DNA of 39,031 bases from a virus (lineage: Duplodnaviria > Caudoviricetes). This document shows positions 27,582-36,285 of the stretch, in pieces (positions within the stretch are counted from its first letter, which is position 1; the number at the start of each line of letters is the position of its first letter). The position numbers and the translations under genes are program-made. The stretch is taken from positions 1-39,031 of IMG/VR virus record IMGVR_UViG_3300005805_000006. The stretch is one strand, 5' to 3'. The notes under the pieces were generated by a model. That model saw nothing but the letters and a program-made list of their open reading frames with translations, did not search any database and was not told where the DNA came from.

Positions 27582-28622
27582 ATGGCACTACGCACACCCC
27601 CCTCATGGTTACAGAACGGCTCACACCCTGCCGAAAATGACCGCCTTTCAATGCAGGCTATTTTTGCCACTACTGGAATCATCGGTTCTTCTTCTCTTTC
27701 AGTAGGTCCTAATTCTCCTGTTGGTATGTCTGTTGTTGTTGCATCAGGTTGGGCGGCTATTGTTGGCACAACACAATCAAATATGGGTGTTTACACTGTT
27801 TACAATGATGCAAACACAACGCTGACTGTAACAACGGCTGACCCAACAAATCCGCGCATTGACCGCATTGTTGCAACTGTTCAAGATGCTTTTTATTCAG
27901 GCTCATTTAATGATGTTATTTTCCAAGTAATAGCAGGAACTCCTGCGGGTTCACCTGTTGCACCTGCAACTCCTGCAAACTCAATTTCTCTTGCAACTGT
28001 TTTAGTAGGCGCGGCAGTTACGCAAATTAACGCGGGCAACATTACAGACACACGGGTAACGACCACAACAAATCTACCAACTGGCGATTTGACAGAAGTA
28101 GCCGCAGGTACAGGCATAACAGTCACAAATGGCACTGGACCTATTCCTACTGTTGCTATCAATTCCAGCGTTGTTACTTTGACGGGTTCACAAGCACTGA
28201 CAAATAAAGATTTAACAAGTGGCACAAATACTTTTCCATCTAGTTTAGCAACTTTAACAGGCGCAGAAACGCTTACAAACAAATCTTTAACTAGCCCCAA
28301 AATCAATCTAGGAATCAATACCCAAACAGGCACAACTTACACAACTGTTTTAGATGACAATGGAAAACTTGTAACTCTTTCTAATGCCTCCGCTATTGCT
28401 GTAACAATTCCGCTTAACGCTAGCGTGGCTTATCCAGTAGGCGCACAATTAAATTTGGCTCAAACGGGAGCAGGACAGGTTACAGTTGCAGGAGATAGTG
28501 GCGTAACTGTTGTTTCAACAGGTGCTACTGCCGCAACACCAAAAACACGCGCGCAATACAGCACATTGACATGCGTTCAAACAAGCACAGATAATTGGCT
28601 AGTGATGGGCGATATTTCGTGA
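27582..28622 (+). CDS. Minor tail / baseplate-fibre protein
   Basis: ADPTNPRIDRIV...SISLATVLV...ITDTR N-domain plus a C-terminal INxQTGTTYT domain. Confidence 0.75.
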   Translation: MALRTPPSWLQNGSHPAENDRLSMQAIFATTGIIGSSSLSVGPNSPVGMSVVVASGWAAIVGTTQSNMGVYTVYNDANTTLTVTTADPTNPRIDRIVATVQDAFYSGSFNDVIFQVIAGTPAGSPVAPATPANSISLATVLVGAAVTQINAGNITDTRVTTTTNLPTGDLTEVAAGTGITVTNGTGPIPTVAINSSVVTLTGSQALTNKDLTSGTNTFPSSLATLTGAETLTNKSLTSPKINLGINTQTGTTYTTVLDDNGKLVTLSNASAIAVTIPLNASVAYPVGAQLNLAQTGAGQVTVAGDSGVTVVSTGATAATPKTRAQYSTLTCVQTSTDNWLVMGDIS

Positions 28623-28876
28623 GTCGTTTAGCCTTAACTCCTACAAATGTGCCAGCAAGTGCAACGGCAATATCTACTCCTACGCTTCGCACTGGCGACC
28701 TTTATTACAATACATCAACAGGTTTGATGGTCTATGACGGCACAAACTGGACTCAAGTAAGTTCTAATGTCAGCGTTACTGAGATAGACGCAGGCGTATT
28801 TGATAGCATTGCCCCGTACAATGGTGGCGACCCAACTACCACAGCAACACAAACATTTGATGGAGGTACTCCGTAA
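28619..28876 (+). CDS. Small tail-fibre-associated protein
   Basis: GTGA overlap; GDLYYNT...VYDGTNW and DGG motifs. Confidence 0.65.
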   Translation: MSRLALTPTNVPASATAISTPTLRTGDLYYNTSTGLMVYDGTNWTQVSSNVSVTEIDAGVFDSIAPYNGGDPTTTATQTFDGGTP

Positions 28877-29511
28877 TGCCAGTAGTCACACAAGTACAAG
28901 TTAGACGCGGAACTGCCTCTCAATGGACTTCTGCTAATCCAACACTCGCTTCGGGCGAATGGGGATTTGAAACCGATACAGGTAAAGTTAAAATTGGTAA
29001 TGGTTCAAGCGCATGGAACTCTTTAGGTTATACAGGCGCAGGAGATATTGAAGGCGTAACAGCCTCAACAGGCTTAAGCGGTGGCGGAACAAGCGGTACA
29101 GTTTCGTTATCTATTGATACTGCCGTAACTGCGGACTTATCAACCGCGCAAACGCTAACAAATAAAACTCTAACTGACCCTAAAATTAATCTTACTCTAA
29201 ACGCACAAACTGGAACTACTTATACTTTTGTCTTAACTGATAATGGCAGATTAGTTACTGCTTCTAATGCTTCGGCGCAAACTTATTCAATTCCTACAAA
29301 TGCTTCCGTTGCGTTTCCAATAGGAACTCAAATCAACATTATTCAAATTGGCGCTGGACAAGTAACTATCAACGCGGTAACTAGCGGAACTACAACTATT
29401 TCTTCTACTGGTGCTACTGCTACCGCTCCTAAACTTCGCGCACAATATTCATCAGCAACTTGTATCAAAGCAAATACCGACCTTTGGTATGTAGTAGGAG
29501 ATATTGCCTAA
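28876..29511 (+). CDS. Tail fibre protein with an Mtd-N/hyaluronidase-like N-terminus
   Basis: QVRRGTASQWTSANPTLASGEWGFETDTGKVKIGNG..AWNSL; the C-terminal domain is paralogous to that of 27582. Confidence 0.8.
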   Translation: MPVVTQVQVRRGTASQWTSANPTLASGEWGFETDTGKVKIGNGSSAWNSLGYTGAGDIEGVTASTGLSGGGTSGTVSLSIDTAVTADLSTAQTLTNKTLTDPKINLTLNAQTGTTYTFVLTDNGRLVTASNASAQTYSIPTNASVAFPIGTQINIIQIGAGQVTINAVTSGTTTISSTGATATAPKLRAQYSSATCIKANTDLWYVVGDIA

Positions 29512-30083
29512 TGCCTATTCTTGGAGTTATTGCGTCTTCTAAATTAACCGCAGTAGCAACTGCTTATGAGTCTATTGCTACTGCTACTGTAACATCGGGT
29601 AGCGGCAGTAGTTTTATTGAATTTACTTCCATACCAAATACCTACCAACATTTACAGTTAAGAATATTGGCAAGAGGCACAAACGCTAATACTCAAATGC
29701 AGTTAGCGTATAGGCTTAACTCTGACACTGGTTCAAACTATACTTTTCACTTGCTACGCGGTGATGGTTCCCTCGCTTATGGTGATTCAGGAGCAAATCA
29801 AAGTTTTGCTGGCGCTACTGTTCGTTATTCCGCTGCCAACGCTACCGCGCAAATGTTCGGCGTAGGCATTTCTGATTTTTTGGATTACTCTAATACAAAC
29901 AAATATAAGACAATTCGTTCAATAGGCGGAACAGACCAAAATGGAAGTGGGCAATTATATTTTTCATCTAATCTGTGGAGAAATACAAATGCTATTTCAT
30001 CTATCTACATTTACAATCAAGACGGAAATAATATTGCGCAATACTCGCATTTTGCTTTGTATGGAATTAGGACATCGTTATGA
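29511..30083 (+). CDS. Tail-tip / receptor-binding paralog 1
   Basis: YESIATATV...FTSIPNTYQHLQLR...YKT...LWRNTNAISSI...LYGI. Confidence 0.65.
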   Translation: MPILGVIASSKLTAVATAYESIATATVTSGSGSSFIEFTSIPNTYQHLQLRILARGTNANTQMQLAYRLNSDTGSNYTFHLLRGDGSLAYGDSGANQSFAGATVRYSAANATAQMFGVGISDFLDYSNTNKYKTIRSIGGTDQNGSGQLYFSSNLWRNTNAISSIYIYNQDGNNIAQYSHFALYGIRTSL

Positions 30084-30580
30084 CTTCTACTTATGAACTA
30101 ATAGCAACAACAACTTTAACTAGCACTTCCTCTAGCGTTGTGTTTTCTTCTATACCACAAACATACACAGACATTGTTGTAGTATTTACAGGGCAAAACA
30201 CAACTTCCACTACTGCAATGACGGGTGAAGTTGATATCAATAGCGATGGAGGTAATAACTATTCCTCTACTTGGATAAATACTTCAAATGTATCGGGCAG
30301 AGGCGTTGGAAATAACGGCGGCTATATTGGTGCATTAAATCAAAATAGTATTTCAATATATATCATTAATTTTATGAACTATTCAAATACTACTACATAC
30401 AAGAGTTGGATTAGTCGGTGGGGAACGCAGTCTGGACCAGCACAAGACGCAGGAACAATTGTAGGAATGTGGCGCAATACTTCGGCTATTACTTCATTAA
30501 ACTTTAATAGACCAGCAGGAGAGTCAGGGAGTTTTGATGTGGGTTGTGTTTGGAGTCTTTATGGGATTAAGGCGGAATAA
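30080..30580 (+). CDS. Tail-tip / receptor-binding paralog 2
   Basis: Same motif set as 29511. Confidence 0.65.
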   Translation: MTSTYELIATTTLTSTSSSVVFSSIPQTYTDIVVVFTGQNTTSTTAMTGEVDINSDGGNNYSSTWINTSNVSGRGVGNNGGYIGALNQNSISIYIINFMNYSNTTTYKSWISRWGTQSGPAQDAGTIVGMWRNTSAITSLNFNRPAGESGSFDVGCVWSLYGIKAE

Positions 30581-31131
30581 TGGCAACGGCATTTGAAATA
30601 ATTGGCACTACAACTATTACCAGCGGCACACAAAGTAGTATTACATTTAATAACATTCCTACAACCTATAAAGATTTGAAAATACTCGTATCCGCTAGGA
30701 GTAGTGCTAGTGGCCCGTATGACCCTCTGTTATATAGATTTAATTCATCTACGGGTAGTTACAAATCAAGATTTGTACTGTCAAATGGGTCTGCTGCTGG
30801 AAGTGGTACTTTAACTACTGCCATTTCTGCGGCGGCAGGTGGAACTTGGGGCAGAATAAATGACGGCGGTGTTCCGACTCAACTTCAAACAGTATCAACA
30901 TTTGGCAGTACAGAGTTTTATATTCCAAGTTATAGAAGTTCTGTGAATAAAGGATTCAATTTAGATACTGCTCAGGAATCTAATGAAGCATCGCCAACTA
31001 ATATCTACATAGAGTTATTTGCAGGTGTTTGGGAAGATACACCTGCTATTACTAGAGTAGATTTGGCTTTGAAAGATGGGTCATTTGCTCAATACACAAC
31101 CGCTACTTTATACGGAATCAAAAATACCTAA
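30580..31131 (+). CDS. Tail-tip / receptor-binding paralog 3
   Basis: Same motif set as 29511. Confidence 0.65.
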   Translation: MATAFEIIGTTTITSGTQSSITFNNIPTTYKDLKILVSARSSASGPYDPLLYRFNSSTGSYKSRFVLSNGSAAGSGTLTTAISAAAGGTWGRINDGGVPTQLQTVSTFGSTEFYIPSYRSSVNKGFNLDTAQESNEASPTNIYIELFAGVWEDTPAITRVDLALKDGSFAQYTTATLYGIKNT

Positions 31132-31142
31132 AGGAGAAAATA

Positions 31143-31376
31143 ATGGCAGATAAACTTACGCGCATAGAAGTCAATTGCGCAACAGGAGAGCAGAAAGTAG
31201 TTGAACTAACTGCCGAAGAAATTGCTCAAATGGAAGCAGATAGAGTTATTTTTGCGGAACAGGAAGCATTACGCCAAGCCGAAGCACAAGCCAAAGCCGA
31301 GGCAAAAGCGTCTGCTCTTGCTAAACTTAAAGCACTTGGTTTAACCGAAGAAGAAGCCAGCGCGCTTATTTCTTAA
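31143..31376 (+). CDS. Small helical protein (possible fibre chaperone)
   Basis: VNCATGE...ELTAEEIAQ...AKLKALGLTEEE; AAGGAG RBS. Confidence 0.6.
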   Translation: MADKLTRIEVNCATGEQKVVELTAEEIAQMEADRVIFAEQEALRQAEAQAKAEAKASALAKLKALGLTEEEASALIS

Positions 31377-31395
31377 TCTTTAGGAAGGTCGGCAA

Positions 31396-32490
31396 ATGAC
31401 TACTACCTATCGGTATTTATTTGCCGATTTACTAACTAACGAAATTATTGCGGAGTTACCGCTAACGGGTGTTTCATTTACCCAACAGTTAAACCAATCA
31501 GGCACGCTCAATGGACATGTATTACTTTCTGCCCTTAACTCTGCCGAATTTAATGTTAATGCTTCTACCATTCCTGGTCGCTCTGCAATTTATGTGGACC
31601 GTAATGGAGATTTAATTTGGGGCGGCATTATATGGAACCGCACCTACAACAGCGCTGAGCAAGTTCTAAGCCTTACAGCCCGTGAGTTTGAATCTTATTT
31701 TGAGCGCCGCCGCATATCTACTACTGACACCTTTACCAATACAGACCAATTAGTAATTGCCCGCACTCTTATTGATGATGCGCAATTAGTGCCTAGCGGC
31801 GACATTGGGGTAATAACAGGTAGTGAAACTTCAGGCGTTCTCATTGACCGTGTTTATTATGATTATGAATTAAAAAATGTTTACCAGGCTATTCAAGATT
31901 TATCGCGTGCAGATGATGGCTTTGATTTCCTAATTGATGTTTCTTATGACCCCATTACAGATGAGCCAATTAAAACTTTAGTTCTTGGTTATCCACGCAC
32001 GGGCGTAATTTATGACCTAAATGACCCTGAAGCATTGGTATTTATGTTTCCCGCGGGCAACATTGTTGAATACGAATACCCTGAAGATGCCTCAATAGCC
32101 GCCAACACAATCTTTGCATTAGGTGCAGGTTCTAACGAAGGCAAGTTGATTTCTATTGCGCAAGATACGACAAAGATTACAGAAGGTTGGGCAGTCCTAG
32201 AAGATGTTGCTAACTATTCAGATGTCACCGACCCTGTTTTGCTTGATGAATTATCTTTAGGACAAGTCCTAGCAGTGTCTTTTCCGCCGACAACTATAAA
32301 AATTGTTGTGCCTGCTTATATCCCGCCGACTCTAAATGATTACAACATTGGTGATGATGCGCGTTTAATTATTACAGATGAGCGTTTCCCTGGAACCCTT
32401 GATGCGGTATATCGCATAGTGGCTTTGAATATACAACCTGGCGAAGATGGTCCTGAACGCGTTACGCTTACACTCTCAGCGAGCGAATAA
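31396..32490 (+). CDS. Baseplate hub / Tal-like minor tail protein
   Basis: LIWGGIIW...YFERR...GDD pattern of actinophage minor tail proteins. Confidence 0.75.
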   Translation: MTTTYRYLFADLLTNEIIAELPLTGVSFTQQLNQSGTLNGHVLLSALNSAEFNVNASTIPGRSAIYVDRNGDLIWGGIIWNRTYNSAEQVLSLTAREFESYFERRRISTTDTFTNTDQLVIARTLIDDAQLVPSGDIGVITGSETSGVLIDRVYYDYELKNVYQAIQDLSRADDGFDFLIDVSYDPITDEPIKTLVLGYPRTGVIYDLNDPEALVFMFPAGNIVEYEYPEDASIAANTIFALGAGSNEGKLISIAQDTTKITEGWAVLEDVANYSDVTDPVLLDELSLGQVLAVSFPPTTIKIVVPAYIPPTLNDYNIGDDARLIITDERFPGTLDAVYRIVALNIQPGEDGPERVTLTLSASE

Positions 32491-32498
32491 GAGGCGTC

Positions 32499-33125
32499 AT
32501 GGCATATATCAATCAACCTTTTGACCTGCATAGGTTCTTCAAAGATATTGACCAACGCTTACAGAAGTTAGAAACCGCGCAACGCTTAACTGCCCCTAAT
32601 GTGGATTTCGCAACTTCAACTCCTACTAATCCTCGCATAGGAGATTTGTTTTACGACACTGATGCCGACTTACTTAAATACTGGAATGGAACAAGTTTTG
32701 TAGAAATTGCAGATGGTAACCTAAGTACAACAGTAAGCGTATTTACAACGACAATACAAAGCGTAAATAATAATATGGTTTACACGGGCAATCCTTGCAC
32801 TATTGAGGTTCAGCGTATAGGCAAAATGATTACAGCCAATGCAATTATAGAATTTACAAATGTTACAAATTTTGGAACAGGTCAAATTTATTTTGACTTG
32901 CCCGCAGGTATTCCTAACCGCGCACATGATTTGTCGGCAGGTGGTTATCTATTAGACGGCGGTACCACTTACACTATTTTTGGCACTTTAGGCGCAACAG
33001 ATAACAAAATGTACTTATGGCACCCCACTTCTAATGGCGGTTCAGATACCGTAACTCATAACAAACCAACAACTCTTGATGCAACTAGCGTTATTAACAT
33101 TACAGGCGTTGCATTGCTGGCATAA
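32499..33125 (+). CDS. Minor tail protein
   Basis: N-terminal coiled coil RLQKLET plus a beta-rich domain. Confidence 0.65.
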   Translation: MAYINQPFDLHRFFKDIDQRLQKLETAQRLTAPNVDFATSTPTNPRIGDLFYDTDADLLKYWNGTSFVEIADGNLSTTVSVFTTTIQSVNNNMVYTGNPCTIEVQRIGKMITANAIIEFTNVTNFGTGQIYFDLPAGIPNRAHDLSAGGYLLDGGTTYTIFGTLGATDNKMYLWHPTSNGGSDTVTHNKPTTLDATSVINITGVALLA

Positions 33126-33143
33126 CTGTTATCATTTTCCGTT

Positions 33144-33362
33144 ATGAGCATAGAACAATGGGTAGGCATAGCGGTTGGAGTTACTACGCTTGTAGCCGCT
33201 TTTGCTATGAGCGTGCGTCATCTAGTTAAGTATTATTTGGCAGAATTAAAACCTAATGGCGGAACAAGCATTAAAGACAAAGTACGCGACATAGATGCCA
33301 AAGTGGACAAACTAGAACTACGCGTAGATGAGATTTATAGATTATTAGTGGAGCGCTCATGA
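33144..33362 (+). CDS. Membrane protein of the lysis cassette (holin-like)
   Basis: N-terminal TM, ELKPNGGTSIKD motif, coiled coil; precedes the endolysin. Confidence 0.65.
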   Translation: MSIEQWVGIAVGVTTLVAAFAMSVRHLVKYYLAELKPNGGTSIKDKVRDIDAKVDKLELRVDEIYRLLVERS

Positions 33363-33847
33363 GTCTGACAGAAGGCAAAATAGAAACAGTTTTGTTTTAT
33401 GCAAAACAAGAATTAAAGTATGAAGAAGGCACAAACAATGACACTAAATTTGGTAAATGGTATGGGCTAAATAAACAACCTTGGTGCGCAATGTTTGTTT
33501 CTTGGGTTTTTTACAAAGCAGGATTGAGCAAGAAGATAGCGGCAAGTAACGCGAAAGGTTTTGCCTCATGCGATGCAGGGCTTAAATGGTTTGCCGCTAA
33601 AGATAAATTAGTACCGATTGGACAAGCACAACCAGGCGACATAGCATTTTTCCAATTTGATACCGATGCTCAGCCTGACCATGTTGGAATTGTTGTCAAA
33701 AACCGTAGCGGTCATTTGTATTGCATAGAAGGCAATACAAGCCCTAACAAAAAGGGTAGCCAAAGCAATGGCGGTGGGGTCTATCGCAAGAAGCGCCCCT
33801 ACTCAGTTGTTATGGCAGTGGCTCGCCCTATAAAGGAGAAAGCATGA
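33359..33847 (+). CDS. Endolysin, CHAP-family amidase/peptidase
   Basis: PWCAMFVSW...PGDI.FF...HVGIV...IEGNT. Confidence 0.9.
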   Translation: MSLTEGKIETVLFYAKQELKYEEGTNNDTKFGKWYGLNKQPWCAMFVSWVFYKAGLSKKIAASNAKGFASCDAGLKWFAAKDKLVPIGQAQPGDIAFFQFDTDAQPDHVGIVVKNRSGHLYCIEGNTSPNKKGSQSNGGGVYRKKRPYSVVMAVARPIKEKA

Positions 33848-34101
33848 AAGAAAAAGATATAGCCAAACTCAAATCCGCATTGCGTCACTTTGTTCTAACT
33901 GCCGCAAGCGTTTGGGTAGTCAATCCTGATGCGAATGTAAAGGCTTTGATTGCTGGTACAGTTGCCGCAATCGTAGGTCCTGCAATCCGTGCTATTGATA
34001 AGAACGACCCTGCTTTTGGCAAGGTTGCTCAATGGGTAGAACTGGAAATAAACAAATTAGCAAAGAAGCCTGCAAAGAAAGCGCCTAAGAAAAAGGCATA
34101 G
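33844..34101 (+). CDS. Holin-like membrane protein
   Basis: Hydrophobic segments, D..DPAFG and a basic tail. Confidence 0.6.
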   Translation: MKEKDIAKLKSALRHFVLTAASVWVVNPDANVKALIAGTVAAIVGPAIRAIDKNDPAFGKVAQWVELEINKLAKKPAKKAPKKKA

Positions 34102-34102
34102 A

Positions 34103-34152
34103 TTTCCCGCCTCCATGGGAAAGCACTCCTGAGTATGAGTCTAAACTGCTCA
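34103..34152 (+). ncRNA. Structured 3'-UTR RNA: anti-RBS hairpin followed by an H-type pseudoknot
   Basis: TTTCCC-GCCTCCAT-GGGAAA hairpin, then crossing stems ACTC/GAGT and GAGTA/TGCTC. Confidence 0.6.
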
Positions 34153-34188
34153 TTTACACTTTGTGTTAGGCTATGAGCGGAGGTGGTT

Positions 34189-34428
34189 ATGAGTCTAGGA
34201 AAATCATTAGAAGAATTAAGGAAAAGTTCTAAAAGAAGCCATACAGTTTGCGCCTATCAAGTTATGTATGACAATCTAAATCCTCAAGACAAAAAGGCTT
34301 TAGATGAAGCATGGGCAACGGGTATGCCAGTAAGTCTTATAGTCAGAGCAATAAGACAAGAAGGCATCAAAACTAGCGCCGATTCTGTTAGAGCGCACCA
34401 AAAAGGGATTTGTAAATGTCCAAAATAA
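34189..34428 (+). CDS. Small protein with Cys/His ligands (HTH-like)
   Basis: GGAGGT RBS; C...H...CKC. Confidence 0.65.
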   Translation: MSLGKSLEELRKSSKRSHTVCAYQVMYDNLNPQDKKALDEAWATGMPVSLIVRAIRQEGIKTSADSVRAHQKGICKCPK

Positions 34429-34664
34429 ATGACATCTTAAATAACAGACAAAGTGAGTATGGCGATGCCCAGGAAAACTTTGAAAAAATAGGCAAGATTT
34501 GGGGCGCTCTTTTAGATTTAGATAAACCAATAGAAGCCTGGAAAGTAGCGTTAATGATGGATAGCCTAAAAACTGTTCGCTTGTTTAAGAATCCACAACA
34601 CGAAGATTCTTGGATAGACAAGCAAGGTTACATTTACCACGCCCATGAGATAGTGAAACCATGA
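34416..34664 (+). CDS. DUF6378-like protein
   Basis: RQSEYGDA.ENF.KI..IW...VALMM..LK.VR...H.DSW.D..GY. Confidence 0.8.
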   Translation: MSKINDILNNRQSEYGDAQENFEKIGKIWGALLDLDKPIEAWKVALMMDSLKTVRLFKNPQHEDSWIDKQGYIYHAHEIVKP

Positions 34665-35695
34665 GCCTAGAAGATAATCTAAAAAATATACCTGAGGGTG
34701 TTGAGTCAGAAGATGTAAAAGAATTACGCAATGCTCTGTACAGATTGCAGAAACAACTCATCAAAGCAAAAATGCGGAATGAAGATTTAGTAGAAGCAAC
34801 ACACCGCGCCGCTTATGACGCAATGCTAACTATGGGTCCTATCAAACCCGTGGAGCAAAAGGTAACAAAAGGTGCCAACGGCAAAGCAGAAGTTGCTCTA
34901 TGGCACATGACTGATTGGCAGGGCGCAAAGAAAACAACAACCTATAACTCTAAAGTAATGCGCAAACGCGTCATGGAATTTGCTGAAAAGGCTGTACGAA
35001 TAACAGAGATACAACGAGCAGACCACCCCGTAAAAGAATGTTACATACTTTTTGGCGGAGATATGGTTGAAGGTTTATTTAATTTTCCTACGCAGGTATT
35101 TGAAATTGATGCCACTTTGTTTGAGCAATATGTTAATGTCAGTAGGCTTTGTGTAGATGTTGTGCGTTTTGCATTGAAACATTACGACAAAGTTACGGTA
35201 GTTCCTGAATGGGGTAATCATGGGCGTATTGGAAGTAAGCGCGACAATGTTCCTCGCTCTGACAATTTTGACCGCATGTGTTATGAGTTGGCGCGGCAAT
35301 TACTTGCAAAAGAAAAACGCCTTACCTGGCAAGAATGTCCTGATGACATACAGCGGGTGCAAATCGGAGAGTATCGCGCACTTGTTATTCATGGCGATGA
35401 AGTTGGTCGTAATGGTTTTGCATCTCCATCAACGATTGTCCAACACATCAATAGATGGCGCAGTGGGTCTTACCCATGGGAATTCAGAGATGTCTATGTT
35501 GGTCATTACCACACCCATGCAGAATGGGCTCTTGCAAATGGATTGGGCAGTGTTTACCAAACTGGTTCTACCGAATCAGACAACCGTTATGCAGGTGTCA
35601 TGCTCGCCGCGACTGCGACACCAAGTCAAAGATTGCATTTCATTGACCCAGTAAAAGGCAGAGTCACCGCTGGTTACAAAATTTGGCTGGACTAA
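34661..35695 (+). CDS. Calcineurin-like metallophosphoesterase with an N-terminal coiled coil
   Basis: DWQ, GGDMVEG, GNHG, HGD and GHYH motifs. Confidence 0.85.
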   Translation: MSLEDNLKNIPEGVESEDVKELRNALYRLQKQLIKAKMRNEDLVEATHRAAYDAMLTMGPIKPVEQKVTKGANGKAEVALWHMTDWQGAKKTTTYNSKVMRKRVMEFAEKAVRITEIQRADHPVKECYILFGGDMVEGLFNFPTQVFEIDATLFEQYVNVSRLCVDVVRFALKHYDKVTVVPEWGNHGRIGSKRDNVPRSDNFDRMCYELARQLLAKEKRLTWQECPDDIQRVQIGEYRALVIHGDEVGRNGFASPSTIVQHINRWRSGSYPWEFRDVYVGHYHTHAEWALANGLGSVYQTGSTESDNRYAGVMLAATATPSQRLHFIDPVKGRVTAGYKIWLD

Positions 35696-35775
35696 AAACC
35701 TAAGTTATCCCAAGAATCTATTGCGTCATCTAGTGATGGCATGGATTCATCGGTGCAATCACCATCATTCTTCAT
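35692..35775 (-). CDS. 27-aa acidic microprotein
   Basis: MKNDGDCTDESMPSLDDAIDSWDNLGF; overlaps the end of the upstream minus-strand gene and fills the gap. Confidence 0.35.
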   Translation of the reverse strand: MKNDGDCTDESMPSLDDAIDSWDNLGF

Positions 35776-35956
35776 CTTCTAAATCAAAATCCTCTGACCG
35801 AATGTCCATGTTGTTTGCCTTGCAGTAGTCCATAGTTGCTATGAAACTGGTCAGCGCCCTATTAGTTAAATCCTGCATCATGTCAGGATATTGAAAGTCA
35901 GCCTCAGTTTCTACAATTAAGTTGAACAGGCTGATGTGAACCCTTGCTTGTGCCAT
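35765..35956 (-). CDS. 63-aa acidic hypothetical protein (the only clear minus-strand gene)
   Basis: MAQARVHISLFNL...; AGGAGGT RBS on the minus strand at about 35962-35968. Confidence 0.75.
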   Translation of the reverse strand: MAQARVHISLFNLIVETEADFQYPDMMQDLTNRALTSFIATMDYCKANNMDIRSEDFDLEDEE

Positions 35957-36102
35957 AGCAGACCTCCTGGACCCCTGATTATTGCACTGGTTATGAATAA
36001 TTTTTGCGACACACCGTTTAAGGGTCTTTTGTAATGTCAGTGGGTAGGTATAAGGTCTGCCTACCCATGGGGCAACCTGCCCCCCGATAGAAAGAAGGCG
36101 TA
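35957..36102. promoter_or_regulatory. Divergent control region
   Basis: Non-coding gap between divergent genes. Contains TTGTAA-16nt-TAAGGT, inverted repeats TGGGTAGG/CCTACCCA (36041-36067) and GGGGCA/TGCCCC (36069-36083). Confidence 0.6.
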
Positions 36103-36285
36103 ATGCGAACAGAAGAACAATTACTGGAATCCATGCGGCGCAATAAAACCGAAAGATTACGGTTACTTGCATTGCAGGAGAAAAGCCAACTCATCAGATT
36201 GATTGAGGGTCTTGGTCATTTTGATACGGTTAATAAAGACATCACATGGTTAGAAGAACAAGTTGCAAAGAAGGAGGCAAAGTAA
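36103..36285 (+). CDS. Hypothetical protein, first gene of the early/replication operon
   Basis: ORF track; TAATG coupling to the next gene. Confidence 0.7.
   Translation: MRTEEQLLESMRRNKTERLRLLALQEKSQLIRLIEGLGHFDTVNKDITWLEEQVAKKEAK

Noticed and set aside
28190-29511. Diversity-generating retroelement suggested by the Mtd-N-like domain and duplicated C-termini of 27582 and 28876
   Set aside because: There is no reverse transcriptase, both copies are coding, and the differences are not adenine-specific. This is ordinary paralogy.
35957-36172. 135-aa version of the minus-strand ORF in the track
   Set aside because: The extension crosses the control region and the 36103 gene; the strong RBS supports a start at 35956.
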